Part shown: piece after piece, positions 18,246 to 28,000 of the stretch
Layout: the number at the start of each line of letters is the position of its first letter
Position numbering within the stretch: the first letter of the stretch is position 1
Assembly (NCBI GenBank): GCA_016870355.1
Contig: VGBR01000002.1
Location: 90,982 to 154,981 of the forward strand
Length of the DNA stretch: 64,000 bases
Reading direction: 5' to 3'
Source of the DNA: Actinomycetota bacterium
GTDB taxonomy: Bacteria; Actinomycetota; Acidimicrobiia; IMCC26256; PALSA-555
The notes under the pieces: model-generated
Database searches by the model: none
Told to the model about the DNA's origin: nothing
The model's input: only the letters and a program-made list of their open reading frames with translations
Position numbers and translations under genes: made by a program

Positions 18246-19151
18246 ATGAGCGCCCGGTGGGCAGCCGTCGTCGTGAACTACGAGTCGGGTGACCTTCTTG
18301 CGAGGTCGGTGGCCTCGCTCCTCGATGACACGTCAGCGGGAGAACCCGAGGTCGTCATCGTCGACAACGGCTCATCTGATGGCTCCGTGGCGCGACTCCG
18401 CGCTGCTCGCCCCGATGTAAAGGTCATCACGGCACCTAGGAACCGCGGCTACGCCGCAGCCGCGAACACCGGCATCGCCGCGACCACTGCACCAATCGTC
18501 GCGGTGTGCAACTGCGACATCAAGGTTGATCCCGGTGCGGCGGCCGCGATGACGGCGCGCTTCGATCGCGAACCTGACCTCGGCGCGCTCGGCCCGTCGA
18601 TCTTCAACGTCGATGGCTCGCGCTACCCGTCAGCACGCGCGATCCCGCGCCTTCGAGATGCCGTCGGCCACGGCGTCTTTGGTCTGGCCAAGCCCGACAA
18701 CCGGTTCACGCGTCGTTACCGCGAGCTCGATGCCGATCCGGCGCTGGCGCGCGACGTCGGTTTCGTGTCGGGCGCCGCGGTCTGGCTCCGCCGCCGCGCG
18801 CTGGACGACGTCGCAGGCTGGGACGACGGGTACTTCATGTACGTGGAGGACGTCGACCTGTGCTGGCGGTTGCGACAGACCGGTTGGCGAATCGCGTACG
18901 AGCCGAGTGCGCGGGTCGAGCATGTCCAGGGTGCCAGCACGGCGCGCCGTCCCTACCGCATGTTGCTCGAACACCATCGATCGCTGCTCCGGTTCGCAGG
19001 CAAGCGGTGGCGCGGGTGGCGCCGTCTCCTGCTCGTGCCCGCAGCCGGCTTCCTCGCCGCACGCTTCGTCCTTGCCGCCGGTGCCGAGGCGGTGACGTCA
19101 CTCGTGCGACGGCGCTCGCCGCGCTCCGGGATTCCGCGACCCACCGGGTAG
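18246..19151 (+). CDS. Family 2 glycosyltransferase, WbbL (rhamnosyltransferase)-like
   Basis: AAVVVNYESGDLL, VVIVDNGSSDGS, RNRGYAAAAN, and FMYVEDVDLCWRLRQTGWRI (the ED..DLC motif). Confidence 0.85.
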   Translation: MSARWAAVVVNYESGDLLARSVASLLDDTSAGEPEVVIVDNGSSDGSVARLRAARPDVKVITAPRNRGYAAAANTGIAATTAPIVAVCNCDIKVDPGAAAAMTARFDREPDLGALGPSIFNVDGSRYPSARAIPRLRDAVGHGVFGLAKPDNRFTRRYRELDADPALARDVGFVSGAAVWLRRRALDDVAGWDDGYFMYVEDVDLCWRLRQTGWRIAYEPSARVEHVQGASTARRPYRMLLEHHRSLLRFAGKRWRGWRRLLLVPAAGFLAARFVLAAGAEAVTSLVRRRSPRSGIPRPTG

Positions 19152-19163
19152 CCTCGATCGCCG

Positions 19164-19982
19164 ATGGCCCGGTCTCGCAACAAGTACTCCCGCGCCCGCA
19201 TGCGGGCGAAGATCCGCCGACCCAAGCAGCGCGGTGGCGCCCGTTGGTACTACGGGGCGCTCGCGCTCATCGTCATCGCTGGCGTCGTGGGGATCGGTCT
19301 CTCGGCGGGCAGCGACGACGTGCACCCGTTCGCCGGTGTCGACCCCGACACCGGGACCTTCTACGACCACTGGCACCAGGCGATCGGTGTGAACGTCTGC
19401 GGTGAGTGGGTCTCGGATGCACCGACGTTCGAAGATGTCGCCGGCACTACCGTGCTCGCCGGCATCCACACTCACGGCGACGGGTTCATCCACATCCATC
19501 CGCGCACCAGCGCTGACGCGGGGGACAACGCGACCCTCGAGCAGTACTTCGACAACGGCGGCTGGGCAGTCGATGAGACCTCCTTCGACATCTGGCAAGG
19601 CCCCGCGGTCAATCCGACCAAGACCGCATGGGAGAACGGCGACAAGTGTCCGGCTGGTTCGACGATGGCCGGGCGCAAGGGCGTCGTGCGGTGGGAGGTC
19701 GACTGCAAGACGCGGAAGGGCAATCCTGCCGAGTACAAGCTGCAGGACCTCCACGTGCTGACGCTCGCGTTCCTGCCGAAGAACGAAGACATCGAAACGC
19801 CGCCGCATGCGTTCGAAGCCCCCAGTGCAGACGTCGAAGGTGAGACGCCGGTCGCACCTGACGTCAAGTCCTGTGAGACCAGCGGTCCGGGCGGCGAGAC
19901 GCCGACGACCACCACCACGGTTGCGGGCGCGACCACGACTACGACGGCGCCCGGGAGCACCACGACGTCGTCCACTCCGTGA
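19164..19982 (+). CDS. Membrane-anchored exported protein of unknown function, His-rich core, Thr-rich tail
   Basis: Basic N-terminus plus a TM helix (WYYGALALIVIAGVVGIGL), HWHQAIGVNVCGEW...AGIHTHGDGFIHIHP, and a C-terminal TTTTT/TTSS tract. Its stop overlaps the next gene's GTG (GTGA). Confidence 0.6.
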   Translation: MARSRNKYSRARMRAKIRRPKQRGGARWYYGALALIVIAGVVGIGLSAGSDDVHPFAGVDPDTGTFYDHWHQAIGVNVCGEWVSDAPTFEDVAGTTVLAGIHTHGDGFIHIHPRTSADAGDNATLEQYFDNGGWAVDETSFDIWQGPAVNPTKTAWENGDKCPAGSTMAGRKGVVRWEVDCKTRKGNPAEYKLQDLHVLTLAFLPKNEDIETPPHAFEAPSADVEGETPVAPDVKSCETSGPGGETPTTTTTVAGATTTTTAPGSTTTSSTP

Positions 19983-21079
19983 AGGCGGTCGTCCTCGTTG
20001 GCGGCGAGGGCACCCGCCTGCGGCCACTCACGAAGACCACGCCTAAGCCGCTCCTCCCCGTCGCGGGCGTACCGCTCGTCGAACGCCAGCTCCAGTGGCT
20101 CGGGGCGCACGGCGTCGACGAGGTCGTGCTCGCGATGGGCTATCTGCCCGACGCGTTCGTGGAGCACTTTCCTGACGATCGCTTCCAGTCGATCCACCTC
20201 TTGTACGCGGTCGAGTCCGAGCCGCTGGGAACTGCGGGCGCGATCCGGTTTGCGGCTGAGCACGCCGGTTTCGACGACCGCTTCTTCGTGTGCAACGGCG
20301 ATGTGTTGACCACGCTCGACCTCAGCGCCTTCGTCGACTTCCATGTGGCGCACGAGGCGGCGGCCACGATCCACCTGTCGCGGGTCGACGACCCGTCAGC
20401 ACTCGGTGCAGTGCCCACTTACCCTGATGGGGAAGTGGAAGCGTTCGTGGAGAAGCCACCGCCCGGCACCGCGCCCAGCAACTGGATCAACGCCGGCACC
20501 TACTTGCTCGAGCGATCCGTCCTCGAGCACGTGCCCGCGGGCCGCATGGTCGCGATCGAGCACGAGACGTTCCCGTTGCTCCTTCAGCAGCGAGGCCAGG
20601 TGTACGCGCTCGAGACCGACGACTACTGGCTGGACGTGGGAACGCCGCAGACCTACTTGCGCGCGCACGCTGACGTGCTCGAAGGCCGACTCGGGCTCCC
20701 GCCGGCACCGGATGCGCGCGAGTCGGCGCCGGGCGTGTGGGTGCAGGGCGATGCCGACCTCGCCTCGGAGGTCGAGGTCGAGGCGCCGGTGCTCGTCGGA
20801 GTTGGAGCCAGCGTTGCGGGCGGGAGCCGCATCGAGCGGTCATCGATCGGTGCCGGGGCCGAGATCCAAGCCGGTGCCGTCGTTGCGGGCGCAGTCGTGC
20901 ATTCCGGCGCACGTGTGTGCAGCGGTGCCGTCGTGCGCGACTCCATCCTGGGTGTCGGAGCGTGCGTCGAATCCGATGCGACCGTGCTCGAGCAATCGAT
21001 CGTGGGTCCGGGCGCGAGCGTGCCAGCCGGGAGCACACTTGCGGGAGGCCGCGTACCGGTCGCGGCCAGTAGCGACTGA
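19979..21079 (+). CDS. Mannose-1-phosphate guanylyltransferase-type sugar nucleotidyltransferase with C-terminal left-handed beta-helix
   Basis: MKAVVLVGGEGTRLRPLTKTTPKPLLPV is the signature G-G-x-G-T-R-L motif. The C-terminal part contains hexapeptide repeats. Confidence 0.85.
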   Translation: MKAVVLVGGEGTRLRPLTKTTPKPLLPVAGVPLVERQLQWLGAHGVDEVVLAMGYLPDAFVEHFPDDRFQSIHLLYAVESEPLGTAGAIRFAAEHAGFDDRFFVCNGDVLTTLDLSAFVDFHVAHEAAATIHLSRVDDPSALGAVPTYPDGEVEAFVEKPPPGTAPSNWINAGTYLLERSVLEHVPAGRMVAIEHETFPLLLQQRGQVYALETDDYWLDVGTPQTYLRAHADVLEGRLGLPPAPDARESAPGVWVQGDADLASEVEVEAPVLVGVGASVAGGSRIERSSIGAGAEIQAGAVVAGAVVHSGARVCSGAVVRDSILGVGACVESDATVLEQSIVGPGASVPAGSTLAGGRVPVAASSD

Positions 21080-21087
21080 GGGAGCGA

Positions 21088-22035
21088 GTGCGCGTTCTCG
21101 TCACAGGCGGCGGAGGGTTCATCGGATCGACACTCGTCGACCGCCTTCTTGCGGAGAGCTATGACGTCGATGTCGTCGACGACCTCTCGACCGGATCGCT
21201 CTCGAATCTCGCGGAAGCGCGCGGGCAGCGACAGCAGAAGATGACCTTCCAGCGTCTCGACGTCCGATCGGACGCGATGCGCGAGCTGATCCTGCACCGC
21301 AAGCCTGAGGTCGTGTACCACCTCGCTGCCCAGGCCGATGTGCGCGTCTCGGTCGCGAACCCGGTGCTCGATGCCGAGGTGAACATCCTCGGTTCGCTGA
21401 ACGTGATTCACGCGGCGCTGGAAGCGGGAACGCGCAAGGTGGTGTTCGCGGGATCGGGCGGGACCCTCTATGGCGTGCCCGACGCGATGCCCACCCGCGA
21501 GGGCCATCCGCAGCAGCCGCTGTCGCCCTACGGCGTGTCGAAGAAGTCGGTCGGTGACTACCTCTACTACTTCCGAGAGGTGCACGGGCTCGAGTACTCG
21601 GTGCTCGCGCTCGCGAACGTGTACGGCCCCCGCCAGGACCCGCACGGTGAGGCGGGCGTCGTGTCCATCTTCGTCGGCAAGCTGCTCGCCCAGGAACGTC
21701 CCACGATCTACGGAGACGGCGAGCAGACCCGTGACTTTGTGTTCGTCGACGACGTGGTCGACGCCTTCGCGCGCGCGACCGACAAAGGCGGCGGGCTGAT
21801 CTGCAACATCGGCACTGGGATCGAGACGAGCGTGCAGCAGCTCTTCGACGCCATGGCGCGCGTCACCGGCTTCCCGGAACCGGCGCGCTATGCGCCGCCG
21901 CGCACTGGCGAGCTCCGTCGCTCCGCGCTCGACCCGGGACGCGCCGGCATCCATCTCGGATGGAAGCCGTACACCTCGCTCGACGAAGGCCTCGCGCGCA
22001 CCATCGACTACTTCCGGGACCGCCCACCCGAATAG
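21088..22035 (+). CDS. NAD-dependent epimerase/dehydratase (extended SDR, GalE-like)
   Basis: VLVTGGGGFIGS Rossmann motif, the YGVSK catalytic YxxxK motif, and a length of 315 aa. Confidence 0.85.
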   Translation: MRVLVTGGGGFIGSTLVDRLLAESYDVDVVDDLSTGSLSNLAEARGQRQQKMTFQRLDVRSDAMRELILHRKPEVVYHLAAQADVRVSVANPVLDAEVNILGSLNVIHAALEAGTRKVVFAGSGGTLYGVPDAMPTREGHPQQPLSPYGVSKKSVGDYLYYFREVHGLEYSVLALANVYGPRQDPHGEAGVVSIFVGKLLAQERPTIYGDGEQTRDFVFVDDVVDAFARATDKGGGLICNIGTGIETSVQQLFDAMARVTGFPEPARYAPPRTGELRRSALDPGRAGIHLGWKPYTSLDEGLARTIDYFRDRPPE

Positions 22036-22038
22036 CGG

Positions 22039-22644
22039 TCAGCGGAAGTCGCGCAGCTCTTCGAGGGGGATCGGCGGTCGCTGGCGTCCTTCGTACGCGG
22101 GGTCGGGGTAGCCGACCATGACGAGTGCGTGGGGGAGCCACTCGGCATCAAGTGACAACGCGTCGCGTGCCTCCTCGGGGCAGAAGATCGGAGCGGCGAC
22201 CCAGCACGACGCGAGCCCGGCATCGGCCGCAGCGAGCATGAGGTTCTCCACCGCGGCGCCGAGCGAGAGCAGCGCCATGCCCCACTCGGCGCGCTGGCGC
22301 ATCTCGTCGGGATAGCGGTCCAACCCGTCCCAAGTCAGGCAGCCCACTACAAGCGCGGGCGCGCCGGCGAGCTTCGTGTGCGAAGCGTCGACGAGCGCGT
22401 CAATCGTCGAAGCCGACGCGCCATCACCTTCGAGGTCCCGCCGCCAGCGCGTGCCCATGCCGTCGGCGAGAGCGGTCTTCCCCTGTTCGGTGTCGACGAC
22501 GACCCAGCGCCATGGGCGGGAGTGGTGTGGCGCCGGCGCGAGGCATGCACTCTGCACGAGCGTGTCGAGCAGCGCGCGGGAGACGTGTTCATCTTGAAAG
22601 GCGCGGATCGATCGCCGCGCCTCGAGGAACGCGGGGACGCTCAA
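22039..22644 (-). CDS. Nitroreductase-fold protein corresponding to the C-terminal domain of FbiB
   Basis: SVPAFLEARRSIRAFQD...APAPHHSRPWRWVVV...LSLGAAVENLMLAA. The first in-frame start is TTG 22644..22642, overlapping the cofE-like TGA (TTGA). ATG 22704 is an alternative start. Confidence 0.7.
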   Translation of the reverse strand: MSVPAFLEARRSIRAFQDEHVSRALLDTLVQSACLAPAPHHSRPWRWVVVDTEQGKTALADGMGTRWRRDLEGDGASASTIDALVDASHTKLAGAPALVVGCLTWDGLDRYPDEMRQRAEWGMALLSLGAAVENLMLAAADAGLASCWVAAPIFCPEEARDALSLDAEWLPHALVMVGYPDPAYEGRQRPPIPLEELRDFR

Positions 22645-23345
22645 CGGAAGAGATCGTCGGCTGGGCTGCGTACGAGCTCGCGCACCGAGCCCTCCCGCAG
22701 CCATTCGCGGTCGACGCCACGGATGATCGCCGCGGGCACCGATCGGGACTTCCCCATGACGAGCTCGGCTGCGGCAGCGAGTTCGTCCGCCACCGCAACC
22801 TCGGTCACCTGGAGCTCGCGTCCGAGCGCATCGTGGGTGCCGCGCAGGTCGACGACACCCGCGATCCCGGCGACGCCGATCGCAACGTCGGTCAGCCCCA
22901 AGCGCCACGGTCGGCCGAAGGTGTCGGACACGATCACCGCCACCCCCACTCCATGTCTCGCTCGGAGCGCGTCCCGGATGTGGCGAGCCGAGCGATCCGC
23001 ATCGATCGGAAGGAGCGCGGCGCGGCCGTGGTTCACGTTCGACAGATCGACACCCGCGTTCGCGCACACGAAGCCGTGGCGCGTCTCACTGATGATGAGA
23101 TCGCCGCGCCGCCGGAGCACGCGGACCGACTCCGACTCGACGAGCCGTTCCCGTTCCTCACGGTCGTCGGGATCGAGGTCCACGACCCGACCCTCGACCT
23201 TCGACACGATCTTCTGGGTCACGACGACGCAATCGCCGTCGATGAGGGGGGTGTCCTGCGCAGCGGCCGCCTCGGCGATGAGCGTGGCGAGCTCGTCGCC
23301 CTCGCGAACCTCTGCGATGCCCTCGACCGGGATGACCGAGAGCAT
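22641..23345 (-). CDS. cofE: Coenzyme F420-0:L-glutamate ligase (CofE-like, N-terminal FbiB domain)
   Basis: MLSVIPVEGIAEVREGDELA..., VVVTQKIVSKVEGR, ETRHGFVCANAGVDLSN, VSDTFGRPWR and MGKSRSVPAAIIRG. ATG 23345 overlaps the fbiA TGA (ATGA). Confidence 0.85.
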   Translation of the reverse strand: MLSVIPVEGIAEVREGDELATLIAEAAAAQDTPLIDGDCVVVTQKIVSKVEGRVVDLDPDDREERERLVESESVRVLRRRGDLIISETRHGFVCANAGVDLSNVNHGRAALLPIDADRSARHIRDALRARHGVGVAVIVSDTFGRPWRLGLTDVAIGVAGIAGVVDLRGTHDALGRELQVTEVAVADELAAAAELVMGKSRSVPAAIIRGVDREWLREGSVRELVRSPADDLFR

Positions 23346-24289
23346 CACGCCACGGCGGCGAGAGTCTCGCGCGCGAGCGCCGCGGCGATTCGAGCGTCCC
23401 GCATGAGCGTGTCGGCGACGACGCCCCGCACGCCGAGCGCTTCGACCGCGGCGACATGCTCGGCGTCCGCGGCATCGATCACGAGCGTGGAGCAGAAGTC
23501 TGCGTACGCGCGAGCGACACCCACACACGAGACCTCGATGCCGAGTGGTCCCATCAAGCGGTCGGCGGGGCCGCGCACCGGCTTGCCGCCGATGATGGGG
23601 CTCACGCCGACCACCCGATCGCGGCGGGCGATCAGCGCATCCCGGATCCCCGGGACCGCGAGGATCGGGCCGATCGAGATCACCGGGTTGCTGGGGCAGA
23701 TGACGATCGTCTCGGCGTCGTCGAGCGCGTCGAGCACGCCGGGAGCGGCCTCCGATCGGTCGGCGCCCTCGAATCGCACCGAGACCACCGGGGGCTCGGC
23801 CTGTCGTCGGACGAACCAGTCCTGCATCGCCAACTCAGTGGTCGCACCGTCAGGGTTCTGCACGGTGATGCGAGTCGCCACCCGGTCGTCGGTCATCGGA
23901 AGCAGGCGCGAACGCACTCCCCACGCCGTCACGATCTCGGAGGTGACCTCCGACAGCGACGCGCCGGCGCGCAGCCGTTCGGTGCGGTGCAGATGCGTGG
24001 CGAGATCAGTGTCACCCAACCGAAACCAGGTCTCGTGCCCGTATCGCTCCAACGCTTCGACGGTGCGGAAGGTCTCACCCGCGAGCCCCCATCCGGTCTC
24101 GGGGTTGTCGGCGCCGGCGAGTGTGTAGGTGACGCTGTCGAGGTCAGGGCTCACGTGCAGGCCGTGGAAGACCTCGTCGTCACCGGTGTTCACGATCACC
24201 GTGACGGTCTCGGGCGGAACGACCGCGACGAGCCCGCGCAGGAAGCGCGCGGCTCCGACACCCCCAGCCAACGCGGTCAACATGGACAA
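23345..24289 (-). CDS. fbiA: 2-phospho-L-lactate (EPPG) transferase
   Basis: LAGGVGAARFLRGL, VNTGDD and HVSPDLDSVTYTLAG are canonical CofD/FbiA motifs. Confidence 0.9.
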   Translation of the reverse strand: MSMLTALAGGVGAARFLRGLVAVVPPETVTVIVNTGDDEVFHGLHVSPDLDSVTYTLAGADNPETGWGLAGETFRTVEALERYGHETWFRLGDTDLATHLHRTERLRAGASLSEVTSEIVTAWGVRSRLLPMTDDRVATRITVQNPDGATTELAMQDWFVRRQAEPPVVSVRFEGADRSEAAPGVLDALDDAETIVICPSNPVISIGPILAVPGIRDALIARRDRVVGVSPIIGGKPVRGPADRLMGPLGIEVSCVGVARAYADFCSTLVIDAADAEHVAAVEALGVRGVVADTLMRDARIAAALARETLAAVA

Positions 24290-24339
24290 CGAGGCTAATC
24301 AGCCCCTCGACGCCGGAAGGCCGGACACTCATCACGACA

Positions 24340-24374
24340 GAGCAGAGCCCCGAGGTGACCTCGGGGCTCTGCTC
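24340..24374 (-). terminator. Hairpin downstream of the 24404..24784 gene
   Basis: GAGCAGAGCCCCGAGG...CCTCGGGGCTCTGCTC is a near-perfect palindrome with a stem of about 15 bp, starting 30 nt after the stop codon. There is no U-tract, so function as an intrinsic terminator is inferred only. Confidence 0.45.
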
Positions 24375-24403
24375 GGGGGGTCTTGGTCGTGCTGGGTGAC
24401 GCG

Positions 24404-24784
24404 TCAGTCGTTGACGACTTCCTTCGTGTCGGTCGACTCGACCGACGGACGCCGGAAAGCCTTGGCGCGGGCCTGGATGCGGTCCACGAAGGGCTCGACG
24501 CGCTCGGCGAGGTCGCCGATGAGCGGCTCGACACGGTCCGACACGCGAGCGATCACAGGCTCGACGCGCTCGCGCACCTCGGTGCTGAGCTCTTCGACCT
24601 GCTCCCACGCGCGGCGGGCGCCCTGCTCAGCCACACCGCGAACGTCCTTCGCCGACTCCCGCACGAAGACCTGCGCCTCTTCGGCCCGGGTGCGCGCGGC
24701 CTGGTAGCCGAGCACGCCGACGCCGACCGCGAGCGACGCGCCATCGCGCACTCGCTGCTTCACAGTCGCGGTGAGCTGCTGCAT
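24404..24784 (-). CDS. Small helical protein with apolipoprotein-like 11-residue repeats, unknown function
   Basis: ATG 24784 is preceded by AGGAG. The 126-aa product contains RVEPVIARVSD / RVEPLIGDLAE / RVEPFVDRIQA repeats. The longer track ORF (to 24901) lacks an RBS. Confidence 0.6.
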   Translation of the reverse strand: MQQLTATVKQRVRDGASLAVGVGVLGYQAARTRAEEAQVFVRESAKDVRGVAEQGARRAWEQVEELSTEVRERVEPVIARVSDRVEPLIGDLAERVEPFVDRIQARAKAFRRPSVESTDTKEVVND

Positions 24785-24841
24785 GAGGGTCTCCTTCTGG
24801 GGGGATGGTTCCTGTTGCCGTGCGCTCACTACGGTACGCCA

Positions 24842-24882
24842 AAGTGCTAGCAATTGCAAGCACTTGTGACGGCAGTCACAAG
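24842..24882. promoter_or_regulatory. Two abutting palindromes in a divergent intergenic region (candidate operator)
   Basis: AAGTGCTAGCAATTGCAAGCACTT (24842-24865) is a 24-bp palindrome with 2 mismatches. CTTGTGAC-GGCA-GTCACAAG (24863-24882) is a perfect 8-bp inverted repeat. The segment is locally AT-richer than its surroundings. Confidence 0.35.
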
Positions 24883-25003
24883 GCGACTGCAGCGAGGGCA
24901 TGAGAGCCGCTGCGACCTGCGGTCAGTAGCCTCCGCTCGTGACGAGACGAAGCGGAGCCCTGGTCGGACGGCCGGGAGGGCGCAGCGGAGTCGACCCAGA
25001 CTG

Positions 25004-28000
25004 ATGACCCCTACGGAGCCCAACACGTCCGAGGAGACGGTCCCGCCCGTCGTCGTGGTCGTCGTCACCCGCAACCCCGGTCCGTTCCTCGAGCCAGCCC
25101 TTGCGTGCCTCGGGGCCCAGGACTACCCGGCCGTCTCAGTGCTCGTCGTCGACGCGGGATCTGGTCACGATCCGACGGCACGGGTGGGGGCGGCCCTGCC
25201 CAGTGCCTTCGTGCGCCGGGTGACAGGGGACCCTGGCTTCGGGGGTGCCGCGAACGAGGGCCTCGCAGCCGTGCAGGGCGCGACCTTCTACCTGGTCTGT
25301 CACGACGACGTCATGCTCGATCCCTCCGCGGTGCGCGTCATGGTCGAAGAGGCGTACCGCTCGAACGCCGCGATCGTGGGCCCGAAGCTCGTCGACGTCG
25401 ACAACCCCGAAGTGATCCTCGAGGTCGGTCGGGCCATCGACTCACTGGGCGCATCGCACACTGGCATCGATCCCGGCGAGATCGACCAGGAGCAGCACGA
25501 CGCGGTGCGTGACGTCTTCTACGTCTCGAGCGCGGCGATGCTCGTTCGCGCCGACCTGCTCGACGAGCTCGGTGGCTTCGACCCCGACACGTTCCCAGGC
25601 TCCGAGGATCTCGACCTGTGCTGGCGGGCGCGCTTGGCCGGCGCGCGCGTGATGGTCGCGCCCGACGCCCGCGGTCGTCACGGTGAAGCGGCCGGAGCGC
25701 GCGCACCTGGCGACGAGGCCTCGCGTCGAGAGCTGGCGCGAACACGAGTACGTGTTGTGCTCACGTGCTACTCCGCGTCGACACTTCTACGGGTCGTGCC
25801 GGTGGCCGTTGCTGTCGCGTTCTTCGAAGCCATGGCGTTCGCGCTCACCAGCCGCCGTGCCGGAGCGTTCGCCGAGTTCGGTGCGTGGGTGTGGAACCTC
25901 CTGCACTTCGGCCGCCTCCGATCCGCACGTCGGCGGGCTCAAGCGATCCGAACCGTGCGCGACCAAGAGCTGCGCGAGCTCCAGGTCGGCGCGAGCACGC
26001 GAGCGGGCGCGTTCCTTTCACAGCGCCACGCCGATGAGCGAATGCACTCGCTCGGCGCCAGGGGACGGGTCGCGCTCGACAGCCTCACAGAGTTCCTTCG
26101 CCATCCCGCGGCGATCGCGCTCGTCGCGTTCTTCGTGCTCCTCATCGTCGGATCGCGCAACATCTTCTCCAACGGCGTCCCGCAGGTCGGCACGTTGGTG
26201 CCTTGGCCTGACATCGGTGACCTCGGGGGCGAGCTGGCCTCGTCGTGGCGGCACACCGGACTCGGATCGGACGACGTCGCGCCGTCGGTGCTCGCGCTGA
26301 TGGCTGGTCTCGGCACCGTGCTGTTCGGTGCCACCGGCCTCGCCCATACGCTTGTCGTCGTCGGCGCGTTCGCGATCGGCGCGTACGGCGTGTACCGGAT
26401 GACGCGAGCGCTCGACGGTGGCATCGGCGGCGCCGGCATCGCCGCGCTGGCGTATGGAGTGAGCGCTGTGCCCCGCAACGCGGTTGCCAATGGCCGACTC
26501 GGCCCGCTCGTGCTCTACGCGCTCGCGCCCTTCGTTGCGTTGTTGGTGCTGCGGGCGGGACGGTTCCCCGACCTCGCGCCCGCGCGTCGGCCACTGGTCG
26601 GCCTCGCGATCGGGACGGCGATCCTGGCGGCGTGGTACCCACCGGCGGCGCTGTTCGGTCTCGTGGTTGGCCTTGCGATGTGCGCTGGCTCCGCGGTGAC
26701 CCGCGATGGGATGTCCGCGCTGCGATCGCTGGGCGCGGCGGCGGCCGGTCTTCTTGGTGGCGCGCTCCTGCTGATGCCGTGGACGACGACGCTGCTCGGC
26801 GCGCGAAATGACACCGGCGCGCTCGGCGCGACGCTGCGACCGGATCTCTCGATCACGGAAGTGTTGCGCTTCGAGTCGGGCCCCAACGGTGCCGGCGTCG
26901 GCGGATGGGGGTTGCTCGTCGCGGCTGCTGTCGGGTTGGTGATCGCGGACGGGCGACGGCTGGCATGGGTGACGCGTGCGTGGGTGCTGGCGATCGTCGG
27001 TTACGCGATCGTCGTCCTGCCGGAGGTCGTCGCGCCGGAGTCGACCACGATCGCGCCCGAAGCCGGGTTGGCCGTCGCGGCGCTGGGCATCGCGCTCGCG
27101 GCAGGACTTGCGATCAGCGCGTTCGGCGAGCGATTGGGCGCGTCGGGCGTTGGGGTGACCCATCTGGCTGGCGTCGCCGCGTCACTTGGCATCGTTGTCG
27201 GAGCGTTCGGTTTCGTGGGTGACGTTCCCGACGGGAGCTGGCGAGCACCTGATTCGTGGGCGCCGGTGGTCTCGTTCACCGAGGATGCGATCGATGAGGG
27301 CGAGTTCCGCATCCTGTGGCTGGGCGATGCCGCGCTCTTGCCCCTCGATCCCTTCGAGGTCGACGCAACGTTGTCGTGGTCCATGACGCGCAACGGTGCT
27401 GGCGACGCGCGTGAGCTGCTCCGCGCACCAGAGACCGCTACGGATCGGATCATCGCCCGTGCGCTGCGCTCGCTGCGCGCCGGCCAGACGAGCCGACTCG
27501 GGCGAATGCTCGCACCGAGCGGCGTTCGCTACCTCGCGCTCGCGCGACGCAACGGGATCGAAGGCGAGCGTGGGAAGGATCCACCGGGCGTCGCGACCGC
27601 CCTCGGGAACCAGCTCGACCTCGCCCGCCTCGGGAGCGAACCGGGTCTGGTGCTCTTCGAGAACCTGTCGTGGGCGCCCATCCAGACGGTGCTGCCCGAC
27701 GAAGAAGTTCCCGTCGGCGACGTGGACCCTCTTGTGAGCGCGGTGCCCGTGGATCTCTCGAAGGCGAAGCCAGTGCGAGAAGGCCGCGAGGCCCGGGCCG
27801 GCACGCTCCTGTTGGCCGAAGCGTTTGATGACGGATGGAGTGCGTCGGTGGGGGACGAGCCGCTCCCGCACGGTCGGGCGTTCGGAGCCACGAATGCGTT
27901 CACCCATCCGGTCGATGGCGCGGTCTGGTTTCAGTACTCCGGCGGCTCTCGCCGCGGCGGTGTCTTGCTGTTCCAGGCCGCGCTGTGGATCGCGGCAGTC

